This document shows positions 1 through 11,907 of a stretch of 42,100 nucleotides of DNA, piece after piece. Position 1 is the first letter of the stretch. Every line of letters begins with the position of its first letter. The DNA lies in the NCBI GenBank assembly GCA_032718475.1, contig JAUCBJ010006922.1, forward strand, positions 1-42,100, in the 5' to 3' direction. The position numbers were made by a program, and so were the translations under genes. The notes below the pieces were generated by a model. It was not told the origin of the DNA. It made no database searches and worked only from the letters and a program-made list of their open reading frames with translations. Source of the stretch: Nemertoderma westbladi (Eukaryota > Animalia > Xenacoelomorpha).

Positions 1-334
1 AGCTCATCTGCTGGGTCATGCCCTGTACCCTTGCTGCCAGGTGCAGGTCGCAGTGAAGTGCCCTCAGAGTGGACATGAGAACACTCTACTCCTAACCAGC
101 CATTGGTAGATCACCATCTGCCTGGTCAGGCCATATACCCCTGCAGCCAAGTATATGGGTCCTTAATCCAGGACCAAGGGCGCCTTATCCCAGAACGAAG
201 GGGGTCCTAGTTACAGGACCAGATTTGCCCTAGTAAGAGGGTCTATGCAGCTACAGGTGGCACCTCCTTTATGCTGCATGGAGGTGGCAAGTTTTCTTGA
301 TCAATGACCTAGAATACCTGACCTGACATAGAAT

Positions 335-423
335 ACTTCACACTAACATTAAAAAGTAGTAGCTAGTAAACTAAACACATTTTAGAGCAAACTGAAAATG
401 TTGGCACATACGGAACTCTAGCC
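335..423 (-). repeat. Inverted copy of an internal segment (6280-6368) of the TTCTAGAA-rich TIR element
   Basis: 335-423 (acttcacactaac...ggaactctagcc) is the reverse complement of 6280-6368 (ggctagagttcc...gttagtgtgaagt), 89 bp. Confidence 0.85.
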
Positions 424-1069
424 TAAATAATAAATACATTTTACATTATTATAGGACAAGAATAAGCACAGTAGAAATACTGTACGGGGGGGATACACAC
501 CCTAAGCCACAGAGAGAGGTGAGAGGTCAAACCACCTCAGAGGGACAAACCAGCTAGTGAGGCTAGCAGCAGGGGGTAACACCAACAGGGAGTGCCGAGG
601 CGAGAATTAATAGTTAAGCCAATAGCTGGCAAGGAAGTAGATTGGGAGGATAGGAGCGCATCCATTGGGTACCAGAGGCCACACAGTAGTGTGGGGCTGA
701 AACCAATATGTGTCAATTATATAATCATTCTAATTACTGATTACCGGTCAGTTGATTTCCTCACGGTTGCAAACCGGCATAGTTTTTGACCGTCATTTAT
801 ACTATACTGTTGCTGTTACTATACTGTTATATGATTAACTTATAATTATCAGTCTGACTGTGCTATTATCGCTGCGATTATTAATACTGAGAAACGAACT
901 ATATTGTTTTCCCATCGGCCTTCGGCCAAAGATTATCCCGTTATCCCAGCGGCCCAGCGATAAAGTGACGCGTACAATCCATTCCGGTCGGGATCTCACT
1001 GCCAACTCCACGATCCCGTCACATGAAAATTGGCCAAATTGGAGTTACATAATTTGTCGAAGTCCCTAA

Positions 1070-1205
1070 AGGCCTGTTTACACGTGGCAACTTTTAGAGC
1101 AACTTTCTCGGCAACTACCAACTTAATTTAATCGCTGTTTACACGTGGCAACTTTACCAGCAACTTTACTAGCAACTTAGCCGGCAAGTTTTAGAGCAAC
1201 TTGGT
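1070..1205 (+). mobile_element. Probable left end of a PIF/Harbinger-like non-autonomous element
   Basis: TAA is followed by AGGCCTGTTTACACGTGGCAAC, with a repeated tgtttacacgtggcaact segment and several gcaactt subterminal motifs. No matching right end was found. Confidence 0.35.
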
Positions 1206-1719
1206 TAGTTTGACTGTAAAATAGTGGGTACTTTTTCAGTATGCGTACACCCCTCTCCAAATTTTATCTACTAGCTAGTTTTTGATAATTTCTACTTTTG
1301 AAATGTACCAGAACAATAATAATGTTAGCAATTTTTGTTTGAAAAAATTAATGTGCTAGAAGAAATTGTGCTAGAAGAATTTCGTTAATACGTGGGCCAA
1401 TAAGGGAGTTTCATAAATCATGTTCGCATGAGTTACAATTCACATGGGCACTTAGTGTGTTATAGGTACACCCCCACTCAAATTTTTTTTACTAGCTAGT
1501 TTTTGCTATTTCTCTTTATGAACATGTTCTAGAATATGTTAGCTATTAAAAAATATATATATGTATGTTCTAGAATAAATATTTTTTGTTCTAGAACAAT
1601 TTAAAAAAAAATTAAAAAATTAATGTACTATTTTTATTTTTTAATAATGTTCTAGAACATGTTAGCTATTCAGAACTAGAAAAAAAAAGTTCTAGAACAA
1701 ATAGTTTTTGTTCCAGAAC

Positions 1720-1878
1720 TGTAGCGTCCACTCGATGGCTTACCTATCGTTCGGACACTTAACTCGTTTCCTTGAGTATTACGTATTCTAGAACATATAA
1801 AACACAACAATGTTTAACAATAATAAAATAGCTCACTAGTACGTTAGTTATTTATATGTGGCATTTACATCCCCCACA
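1720..1878 (+). repeat. Gypsy 5' LTR
   Basis: tgtagcgtcc...catcccccaca; direct repeat of 6056-6214; contains tataaaa and aataaa. Confidence 0.95.
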
Positions 1879-1879
1879 T

Positions 1880-1894
1880 TGGTGACCCGGACGT
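1880..1894 (+). promoter_or_regulatory. Primer-binding site, tRNA-Trp-like
   Basis: TGGTGACCCGGACGT lies 1 nt after the LTR. It matches the complement of the metazoan tRNA-Trp 3' end (TGGTGACCCCGACGT, from memory) with one mismatch. Confidence 0.75.
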
Positions 1895-1917
1895 TAGATT
1901 AATTACCTAGCTTAATA

Positions 1918-2784
1918 ATGAACAATTTGCCTGATAACATTAATGAGGCGGCAGCCGGTGCATTCGACTATGGACGTTTGGCACATGAGCTCCACGCCCT
2001 TCAACTCGGAAATCCACTGGTCAATGCTGCTCCTGCCATATCAACAGTCGCTGTGAAACTCCCTTCTTTCTGGACCGCGCAACCCGAGGTTTGGTTCAAA
2101 CAAGTGGAAGCTCAGTTAGATTTAAAAGGAATTACGGCAGACCTCACTAAATACAACTATGTAATCCAGGCCCTTGATAACACCGTAGCAACTGAAATTG
2201 GTGCATTCATCTTGAACCCACCAGAAGCTAACAGATATGAAGCTCTGAAAACTATACTCCTCAAAACTTATGGGCTTACAGAACAACAAAAGTGAGCCAA
2301 GTTACTAGCAATCAATGGCCTGGGTGATCGCCACCCATCTTCTCTACTACGATACATGGCTACCTTAGTTCCTGCTGACACCTACAGGGGGTATACATTC
2401 CGTAGTCTATTCCTACAACATCTACCTGAAACAGTCCGCATAGCCCTGGCCAGAGACCCTCCTACGGACATTGAAGATCTTGCATTTGCCGCTGACTCTA
2501 TCATAGAGGCCCAAGGTCCAACTCATTATCGTGGTATAGCTGCAGTAGAAGTTGATGCCATAGGTAGACAACAGAAACGCACCCAACAGCGTCAGAGCCA
2601 AAGGAATGCACCTCCCACTCAACTACCTCGTGTAAACCGCCGATCCACCACTCGCTGCGCCAATCACCAGCGTTATGGCACGCATACCTGGGCTTGCTGC
2701 ACTATGCTCCCTGGTTCCACTTGCGACATGGCACACATCACAGTACCCAGACCTTCGGGAAACGCCACTGCCGACGCCCAGTAG
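1918..2784 (+). pseudogene. gag: Gypsy gag with one in-frame stop (TGA 2293-2295)
   Basis: VAVKLPSFW...PEVWFKQVEAQ...ITADLTKYNYVIQAL motif typical of Gypsy Gag, and a C-terminal Cys/His motif (CANHQRYG...C). ORFs 1918-2295 and 2356-2784 are in the same frame. Confidence 0.9.
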
Positions 2785-2802
2785 CCGTCCAGGCCGTCGG
2801 CA
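2757..2802 (+). promoter_or_regulatory. Putative -1 programmed ribosomal frameshift signal (gag-pol)
   Basis: Slippery heptamer G GGA AAC (2757-2763) is correctly phased in the gag frame. A stem tgccgacg/cgtcggca (2769-2776, 2795-2802) follows. The pol frame is -1 relative to gag. Confidence 0.7.
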
Positions 2803-5800
2803 ACAAACCCAAACAGAAAGATGGCATGAAAACTATGACAGTCTGGGACCGCAAGACCGGACGTCAGTTTCTTGTCGACTGCGGTGCCGATGAGTCCGTC
2901 ATCCCAGCATCAAGACTCGATCATTCACGTACTCAAACTACACCTCTCATTGCTGCTAATGGCTCACGCATCTCAGCATGGGGGACGACAACAATTGCCC
3001 TCGAACTGGGCAACCAAACCTTCGTCCAACGTTTCAGCATTGCTGATGTACAACAACCAATCCTTGGTGCAGATTTCTTCATAGCTAATAATCTGTCCAT
3101 CGATATGGCCAATCGGCGTTTAATTGATCTAGAGACATACGCTACAATACCGGCAGGATCAACATCAGTGATAGGAAATATCAATGGGCTCCATAAACCC
3201 AGAGAGGATGATGTCAACCTCGCTTCCATCCTCGATGAGTTCCCTGAACTCCTAATCCCACGTTTCCATGCCTCTGCTCCAAACTTACATGGTGTTAAAC
3301 ACCACCTCCCCACTAATGGCCCACCCATTTTCGCCCACGCGAGACGTCTTCATGCCGACCAGCTGGAAGTAGCCCAAGCTGAATTTAAGAAAATGGAAGA
3401 CTTGGGAATCATCCGTCGCAGCAATTCTGCTTGGGCCACACCACTACATGTTGTACCCAAACCTGATGGTGGTTGGCGCCCATGTGGCGATTACCGACGC
3501 CTCAATGCAGCCACAAAAGATGACAAATATCCGATACCACATATCGGTGACTTCAACACCAATCTGAATGGGAAAACTATATTCTCAAAGATTGACTTGG
3601 CGAAAGGCTACCATCAAATCCCTATGACTGAAGCCGATATTTGTAAGACAGCCATTATCACCCCATTTGGCTTGTGGGAATTTCTTCGAATGCTCTTTGG
3701 TCTGAAGAATGCGGCTCAATCGTTTCAACGGCTGATGGATACCATCCTTCGAGGGATTCCATGTATATTCATATATGTGGATGACATCCTGGTAGCTAAT
3801 AGCAACCGCACTGAACATGCTTCTCACTTGAGAGAGGTTTTCTCGGCACTGTCCCGCAATGGCAGGGTCATCCAGTGCCCCAAATGTGTATTCGGTGTCA
3901 ATGAGCTTACCTTCCTGGGCCACAAAGTCACTTCAACTGGCATCACCCCCCTACTTGAACGTGTTGAAGCTGTTACTAATTTCCCTGTACCCGTTGACAA
4001 ACATCAGCTGCAAAGATTCTTAGGCATGATCAATTATTACCACCGGTTTATGCCCAACCTCGCTGCCCGCATCCACCCACTTCACAACGCAACTAAAGGG
4101 AAAGGCAGACCCATTATCTGGACTGAAGCATGTCAATCATCATTCGAGGAAGCTAAATCTGCCCTTGCCAATGCAGCTATGCTATACCATCCCAATCCTA
4201 GCTTTAAATATTCGGTATCCGTGATGCCTCGGACATGGCAGTTGGTGGTTCACTAGATCAGCTCGATAACAATGTTTGGCGCCCATTGGCCTTCTTTTCT
4301 AAGAAGCTAACCAACACTGAGAAGAAGTACTCTGCCTTCGACAGGGAACTGCTTGCTGCCTACTTAGGAATCAAACATTTCCGGAACTATATCGAAGGAG
4401 GGCAATTTACATTGTTTACAGACCATAAGCCCTTAGTTTCTGCAATGACTGCCACCGCCGATCGCACCCCCCGCCAAACTCGCCACTTTTCCTTCATTGC
4501 CGAGTTCACTACAGATGTCCAACACATTAAGGGAACCTCCAATGTGGTAGCAGACACACTATCATGTGCCCCTGTTGAGTCCAATGAGCCCAACACCAGA
4601 TCAGGTACAACAGTGTCAGCTATTCTAACTCCTACAATCGAATACGCGCAGTTGGCTTCAGACCAGGCTACATCCAAAGAAATCGAAGCTTATCGCACAA
4701 GCACTGCTGTCACTTCACTCAATCTCGAAGACCTTGCCTATAATGGCTACTCTATCTTATGTGACCCTGCCACTGGAAAGGCCAGACCAGTAATACCGGC
4801 CAATTGGACAAAACGAATATTTGAGGCTATCCATGGCCTTTCTCACACTGGTTGCCGTTCCACATACCGTGCAATAGCGAAACGATTTGTTTGGCATGGG
4901 ATGAAATCAGATATCCGCAACTGGTGTCGCTCCTGTCACCCGTGTCAAGTCTCTAAGGTCAGCCAACACATACACACCCCCTTAGAATCCCGCCCCCCAC
5001 CGGAACGGCGCTTTGGATCTCTTCATGTAGACCTTGTGGGGCCCCTTCCCATCTCTGAGAAAATGTGTTACCTGTTTACAATAGTAGATCGCTATACCAG
5101 GTGGCCAGAAGCTATTCCAATTCCAGACTCCACAACTGAAACTTGCATTCGTGGCTTTCTACGCACATAGGTGGCACGGTTTGGTATCCCAGTGGTTCTC
5201 ACATCCGACAGAGGCCCACAGTTCACATCACACCTTTGGGCCGAGTTACAACGTCTCTTGGGAGTATCAGCCAATAACACTACCGCATATCACCCACAAG
5301 CCAACGGTATGGTTGAACGATTTCACCGTCAACTAAAGGCGTCACTTAAGGCGCGCATGACAGGACCCAACTGGATGGACCACCTACTCATGGTTATGCT
5401 CGGCATCCGCACAGCCTGGAAGGAAGACGCAGACTGTTCTCCAGCTGATTTAGTATATGGGACTTCCCTACACATTCCAGGTGAATTCTTCAAGACTGAT
5501 AGGAACTCAGACCTCCAACCAAGTTTCTTAAGCGGTCTACAAGATGCCATGCGCTTAGCAAAGCCTCCACCAACTAATTACCACGGCCAACGTGCAGCAT
5601 CAGTTCCAGAGAACTTAGCATCAACTGGTTTCGTTTATATACGAGTCGACAGCCACAATCACCCACTTCAGCAACCCTACACTGGCCCCTACCGCATTCT
5701 TGGGGTCAACGCCAAGCATTACACAACAGACTGAAATGGTAAAGCTGTAAACGTATACTGACACTGGTTGCACAAGCACGACAACTCAACGATTGGTTCC

Positions 5801-5980
5801 ATCGACAACACAACGAGCATCACCAACAACAATGCGCACTTCTACAACACAAGCGATGGGATCACCTCATCTTGTTGACTAATCATTGGAACCAGAACCC
5901 GACCCCATGTCGTACATACCCCCCATGTGCCGAACCAGAAGTGGAAGATTAAGTAAACCTCCAACTCGTTTGATCTTGTA
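2757..5980 (+). pseudogene. pol: Gypsy pol (protease-RT-RNase H-integrase), disrupted
   Basis: PR FLVDCGA; [30 protein letters not shown]; RNase H DAS..., YSAFDRELLA, TDHKPL; IN H-H-C-C zinc finger, HVDLVGP, SDRGPQF, NGMVERFHR; C-terminal RTRSGR tail. Disrupted by a frameshift near 4222, stops at 5168-5170 and 5732-5734, and an apparent deletion near 5757. Confidence 0.95.
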
Positions 5981-6044
5981 ACTCGACTCACTGTTAATTC
6001 TCAACTAGAACACATCAATAAACATAAACTTTCGTGCCCTCACT

Positions 6045-6055
6045 GGGGGGAGTGA
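6045..6055 (+). promoter_or_regulatory. Polypurine tract
   Basis: GGGGGGAGTGA immediately precedes the 3' LTR. Confidence 0.85.
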
Positions 6056-6214
6056 TGTAGCGTCCACTCGATGGCTTACCTATCGTTCGGACACTTAACT
6101 CGCTTCCTTGAATATTACGTATTCTAGAACATATAAAACACAACAATGTTTAACAATAATAAAATAGCTCACTAGTACGTTAGTTATTTATATGTGGCAT
6201 TTACATCCCCCACA
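6056..6214 (+). repeat. Gypsy 3' LTR
   Basis: Direct repeat of 1720-1878, followed by TSD GAAC. Confidence 0.95.
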
Positions 6215-7638
6215 GAACAGTTCAAAAAATATAAATATTTATTTTTAATTTTATTTAGAATTTGTTTCATATAATTTTGGGCTAGAGTTCCGTATGTGCC
6301 AACATTTTCAGTTTGCTCTAAAATGTGTTTAGTTTACTAGCTACTACTTTTTAATGTTAGTGTGAAGTTTTCTAGGATATTTCGAATTATTTTATTGTTA
6401 AATAATGTTCTAGAACATATAATTTTTTGTTCTAGAACATTTTTTAAAATTGTATTTTTTTCTTATTTTAACACTTTTTTGTATAATTAACATATATCTA
6501 GTAATTTTATGTACTGAAGTAATAATTTACAATTATAGCTAGCAATTTATATCTATAGCTATAGCCTATAGTCTATAGTCTATAGCCTATAGTCTATAGT
6601 TATATCTATAGCTAGCCCTAGCTAACATTTTAAAAAATGTTCTGGAATGCTATCGTTATGGTTAGTTGTTCTGTATTCCAATTCTTTTTAATTAAACAAT
6701 CATTTTAATAATTATTTTAAAAAGAACAAATATTCTAGAATATTTTTTTTCTCGAAAATTGATAATAAAAATGTTCTAGAACATTTGGTACATGTTCTAG
6801 AACATTTAATAAATGGTCTAGATCTCTTGTCAATAGACAAAAACCAGGCAAAATAGCATAAACAATTTTAAAATTGAACAATTTTTTTAATAATTTTCTT
6901 TTTAAGAGTAAGAAATTTATTTTCTCGAGAACATTTTGTTAAAGTAAAGAATACTCAATATACGTTCTAGAACATTTATCAAGAGAAAAACCTGACAAAA
7001 AAGCATGAAAATTTGTTGAAAAAAAACAACGAAAATTTTGGAACATACGGAACTGTTCCCTAATTTTTACTCTTTTCTGGCAAGATGGGTTTGGGGGGTG
7101 GGGGGGGGGGGGGGGGGGGGGTAGCTAGTAGTTTTTTAATAGCTAATTAAAATTAACAAAATTTACTGTATTGAGGTCATTATATTATTCAGAAATTAAT
7201 GATATGCTTAGAATACGTATACTGTATAATATTTATTATTTAGCAGACAGTGGGTAATATTTTCTGATCAAATCCAACAGAGCAGAAAATGGGTTTTCTT
7301 TGGGTAGAAGCTTCCAACGAAACTCAGCTAATTGTTGGGCGAAAGTCAAATCTTAGCTATAGAAATTCGATTATTCTAGAAAATTCACTTTCCTTGACAT
7401 CAAATAAAACATAACTAACAAAAAATAAAATTTGTAAGCTTTTTTTAAAATTTGTTCTAGAACAAAAAATATTTGTTCTAGAACATTTTATGATTTTTTT
7501 TCAAATGTATCTCATGTTCTAGAACATTTCATAAAAATAAATAGCAAAAACTAGCTAGTAAAAAAATTTGAGGGGGGGTGTACCTATAACACACTAGTAC
7601 CTTCACATGACGGTGTAAGAAAGATTTCCACATTATTT

Positions 7639-7901
7639 CCGACCTTCGTCCTGGTCATTCAGACCTTCGTCGTGGGATGATAAACAATTAATGCATGTTG
7701 CCTTTGGCTCATAAAAACCTTGTCCTCTATAAAGTACAGTTCTTGGCCGCAGATGAAGGCCCCACACACCCAGGACGAAGGTTCGAATGGGACTAAGGTC
7801 CGAATGAGACGAAGGTCCGGAAAAAAACCGACCCAGACGGCCATTTTCGGACCTTCGTCTCATTCGGACCTTCGTCTCATTCGGACCTTCGACCCAATAC
7901 C
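7639..7901. repeat. Fragment of a DNA element with 17-bp subterminal repeats (cggaccttcgtctcatt) in both orientations
   Basis: Direct copies at 7639-7672 and 7848-7892; inverted copies (gacgaaggt, gaatgagacgaaggtccgg) at 7772-7820. Confidence 0.5.
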
Positions 7902-8045
7902 CAGTATTGGGCCAGTATTGTTCCATTCCACATAGGCCTGCAAAAAACCCTTGGTTAATCTGAGGCAAATCACTAAACTTGACTCGCCACTACGACAGCA
8001 CTGCACGCCAACAGCAAGCAAAACCAACTGCCCTTCTTGCTCTAA

Positions 8046-8242
8046 GGCCGCGTTCACATTACCCAGTCAAAGTCAAAGTCAAAATAAAATAAATATAGAT
8101 AGTTAGCTAGCAATAATAAATAATTACATTATATACCGTAGGCCTAATATAATACATAAGGGGATTCTAGAAAAAATTAAATTTCATTTTTTGTGATTTA
8201 CATTTTGTCTTTTGACTTTAACTCGGTAGTGTGAACGCTGCC
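8046..8242. mobile_element. Tourist/PIF-Harbinger-type MITE (197 bp)
   Basis: TAA|ggccgcgttcacattacccagtcaaagtcaaa...tttgactttaactcggtagtgtgaacgctgcc|TAA: imperfect TIRs with a 3-bp TAA TSD. Confidence 0.75.
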
Positions 8243-8972
8243 TAATCATCGTTTCCAATTCACATCCAAGTACATCGGTTTGAGCAGGGTGTCATAGAAG
8301 TAGCGTAAGATGACTTTAATTGATTATATTAACTTGAGAATAATCTACTGTACTAAACATGTAATAATAAGCCCCTACTGTATGTACAGTGACAGAGCTT
8401 GGAAGAGAGTGAGTGCATTCTGCAAAACATGGCAAAGCCTTTTTATCTGTAGTATTCACATAGGCATCAACATGATCTTAATTAATTGTTAATTAATGGT
8501 CTGATATTGAATGTTGAGGTGTATAGAATGTGGCTAGTATGTTGTTACTATACAAACAGTATTACATAAGGGTGACACATTGTGCACGGTTAACATTTTA
8601 AATTATATTAAATTAATTACAACACCCGTCCACCGCAATATTGTATGACGTCACATATTGGTTTTCATGACACAGGGTAAGCTGCCAGTGGACACTGGAC
8701 AGTTCTTAAAGTGCACCGGAAGCAGCAGTGATGTTGGTGTTTTTTTAAGTTACTTACATTAGTAATTGTATTGAGTTACTTCCATTACTAATTTTATTAA
8801 GTACTTCCACGCCCAAAACTGCTGATTAAATGGTAGTAGAAAATTTTCGCAACAATCTTGAAAGGGCTGCTGATGGGGTCGATCAAAATAATTTTCTTGC
8901 TATTTTCGGGGACTTCATTGCCTTTTTGCCTCTCATTTAATGCACGCCTTGGGGTACATCAACCTTTCAACC

Positions 8973-10412
8973 ACTACTACTACTACTACTACTAGTACTA
9001 TCGCATTCTGCATTGCAGCTGCATTAGATGTATCACATATATATATTAAGAATGCTGTGCCGGCTTGTCGACAAAATTGCGCCGCCACAACTCCCTATCA
9101 CCCATGACATTTGCTAGATCATCCGCATCTTCAAGGCCAGTGTCCTTTAAGGTGCGTCTTAAGATAGTCATGGGCTGTCCGTCCACCATGTTTATTCACT
9201 CTATAAGGCCACCAAAGCACAAGATTATGTACTGGCTGGTACGTTAACCAGCCGGCTGGCCGGATTAACGTCCTCACGGCGTAAACAGTGCCCTGCAAAG
9301 CGGGGACGGATCCCTTCAAGTGTCAAGATTGGGGGAACCAATGAGACACCTCCAATGTTATATAGTGTCTGATTGGAGATGTGTTCATTGTACTTGACAC
9401 AGTGAACCCGGCGTAGCATTCTGCCGTCCAGAGATTTGGTATCCTCAGGAGCATGGACTCCCATATAAAAGTACTGGTACTACTGCTGCCATAAATAAAT
9501 CGAACCTTAAGGTTCCGTTTTATTCTATGGGACTTACAAATCCTGGATAGACTATTTAATGCTGCCCATGCCTTCCCATTACGTGTCCGAAGGTCTTCAC
9601 CTGACTTTCTGATCCATGATCCCAAGTAGCAGAATTCATCCACATGCTCAAGCAAGCCGTCCATGGAGCTTATGAAATTACGATCAGACATTTCTTGAGG
9701 GCTGTCAAGGTTCACTGTAAAATATTTGTCTACTTGGAGTTTACAAAAAGACCAACACTAGAAGCAACCTGCTCCAATGAACAGAGGAGCCTTTGGGCTC
9801 ACTCTAGTGATTCTGACAGTACCCATATATCATCAGCAAAGTCTATATCAGTAAGGTACTTTGCTGGATCTCCTCGACTTCTGGAGCCAGTAGGTGGAGT
9901 TACCATCACCCCATCTTTATTAAGATGATCGAAGGACATGCGGAGAACATAATCAGCCACAATTACGAATAAGAATGGTGCAAGGTTGTCACTCCGAAGG
10001 ACTCCACATAAGACGTCGAATGGTTCTGTGTCACCATCAGCAGTAGATACAAATGTGGTGGAACCATCGTACAGTGATCTGATAGATGCAATAATTTCTT
10101 CAGGAATCCCATACTGCAAGTATGCTGAACATATGTGGTCGGGAGACTGAGTCAAAGGCTTTAAAGAAGTCAACAAAGATATCAGCTAGATGATGTCTTT
10201 CTTTGTTGATAACGTTTCTATTATCCTTATAAGCGCCAAATAGGCTCCATGGTCCCACGAACCTTTACGGAACCCATTCTGATTTCCACGGAGCAGTCTC
10301 TCAACAGGATCCCTGATGCGATTTAATAAAATTCTATTGTATAGCTTTGCAGCAATCGAGATTAATGAGATTCCCCGAAAAGAACCATAGTGTTAGGTTG
10401 CCCTTCTTTGGG
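8973..10412 (-). mobile_element. 5'-truncated, decayed RTE-clade LINE (RT domain to 3' end)
   Basis: Minus-strand fragments PKKGNL..RGISLISIAAKLYNRILLNRI..NQNGFRKG, GVLRSDNLAPFLF, DIDFADD, FCYLGS. Ends in a (TAG)n microsatellite tail. Multiple frameshifts. Homologous to 15413-16289. Confidence 0.9.
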
Positions 10413-11172
10413 GCTGGGACCAACTTATATGTTTTATATCTTGACATTTCAAACAGCTAGTGAAATGTTTTCGGCTGAGACACAGTTTAGAAGTAACCTT
10501 CGAAACTGTATACCCAACTCACACAAGACCAGCTGGTCATACCCTATTTCGAAAAAAATATTGGAACCTTGACCGTGAGTGCCTCACATGAAGATACCAT
10601 ATCTCTTGATCAGTGAATCAGTTAATTGATGAATTATTTCACAACTAATAACATTTTTCAAAACCCAGTATTACCCTGCAGGAATGACGGATGAGTCTTG
10701 TCGGTCATATCGTAGAGCCGGTAAGCCATTAACTGCTTCTATAGCAACCGGTTGGTGCGAGGAATCAAACATTGATGTTTCCGAAATCTCACCAAAGACG
10801 CAAGTCTTGATGATGCGAATGGATTGGTGAATTACATGGATGATGACCTCTGGAGATGTTGTTGCGTTGCAGAGGTGGCCGGTAATGCATCCTAATGATA
10901 TGGTGGATATATGTAGTCCTATGTTAGGTTAAGTAGCCAAAAAGATCTCCAGTACATTTAAATTCATATTAGTTGTATATATAAAGTCAATAAGCTGTAT
11001 AGAATTCGTTCTCTTTTAGGAAAATCTCCCAATATACCGATACTATTTCAGAGCAGCACGAATGATGTAAACAAGTTTACCTACCAAATCACCATATAAT
11101 ATTGATAAATATATTTCCATGAAAAGTGCAAAGGCAAAATCAGCCTCACTATGATTGTCAATTAGTCAAAAA

Positions 11173-11907
11173 TCAATGGAAAAACAATAAACCCATAAAA
11201 GAAACGAGAAAAACATTGAAACTTCCAAATATTTTGTTAGCGAAGCTTTCAACCAATGTAGAACTGCCAGGTGTTGCGGTCGTTGGAGGATCAGTAGTAG
11301 TAGTTGTTGTTGTTGAATCTTCAGGTCCCGCTCTATTGTAAGGTATCGGGTTTCCATCCAGATCAAGTTGCCAGACTGGATGTTCCCAGTTGTAGGTTCC
11401 GTCGCTGTTTATATAAGCGGGTAAATGGAATTCGGGATGGTCAATTGAGTTGCAAACTTCCACCCCTTCGCAGCATGTTTCCATGCAAAAGCCCTCTAAT
11501 ATTTTCACTGTTACTCCTGTGCCGTATTCCGCGTCTAAAATCTCCTGCATAAACTCTGCGAAGTCGGTGCACGGGTATTCGGATTGGGCTTCGCAACCAC
11601 CATCGTATGCGCAGGTTTCGTATCTCGCGCGGACTACAACCTTTATGTCCGGGTATTGTTCCAAGAAAGTTGCCGTGATTGCCTCTCCCATGTGACAAAC
11701 TGGACATTGGTCTTCCTGGACTAACCCATTGTTGGTTACTAATGATCCTCCCATATCCTGCCAATCCCAGTTTAAATCTGCCACATTTTCATGGTTGGAT
11801 GATAACTGTGTCTGTAGGCGACCATGGCTGCAGGTAACATTAACGCCATGTACTAAACCAACAGAGAGAGCAGTAATGCGAATGCCTAAGGACAAAACAT
11901 GGTTCAT
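11173..11907 (-). CDS. Secreted, GPI-anchored Ly6/uPAR (three-finger)-like protein, 244 aa
   Basis: Intact ATG-to-stop ORF. N-terminal signal-like hydrophobic stretch, 10 Cys ending in the CCEGVEVCN (CCxxxxxCN) LU-type motif, Thr/Pro-rich stalk, and a hydrophobic C-terminal tail consistent with a GPI signal. A splice-acceptor-like ctttacag lies ~25 nt upstream of the ATG. Confidence 0.75.
   Translation of the reverse strand: MNHVLSLGIRITALSVGLVHGVNVTCSHGRLQTQLSSNHENVADLNWDWQDMGGSLVTNNGLVQEDQCPVCHMGEAITATFLEQYPDIKVVVRARYETCAYDGGCEAQSEYPCTDFAEFMQEILDAEYGTGVTVKILEGFCMETCCEGVEVCNSIDHPEFHLPAYINSDGTYNWEHPVWQLDLDGNPIPYNRAGPEDSTTTTTTTDPPTTATPGSSTLVESFANKIFGSFNVFLVSFMGLLFFH

Larger units (their letters stand above)
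1720..6214 (+). mobile_element. Ty3/Gypsy LTR retrotransposon, full-length, inactivated
   Basis: Two 159-bp TG...CA LTRs (1720-1878, 6056-6214) with 2 substitutions. 4-bp TSD GAAC (1716-1719, 6215-6218). PBS and PPT present. Domain order gag-PR-RT-RH-IN. Confidence 0.97.
1455..7594. mobile_element. Non-autonomous TIR DNA element (~1.6 kb without the Gypsy insert), putative TA TSD, interrupted by the Gypsy element
   Basis: The left end TA|gtgtgttataggtacacccccactcaaatttttttt-actagctagtttttgctatt is the reverse complement of the right end aatagcaaaaactagctagtaaaaaaatttgagggggggtgtacctataacacac|TA. The interior has many (G)TTCTAGAAC palindromic motifs. A degenerate extra copy of the left TIR lies at ~1245-1315. 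Confidence 0.75.

Noticed and set aside
592-1069. Short ORFs at the window start
   Set aside because: Non-ATG starts, under 70 aa, and no recognisable motifs.
2422-5550. Antisense and alternative-frame ORFs over Gypsy gag/pol
   Set aside because: Shadow ORFs of the real coding frames.
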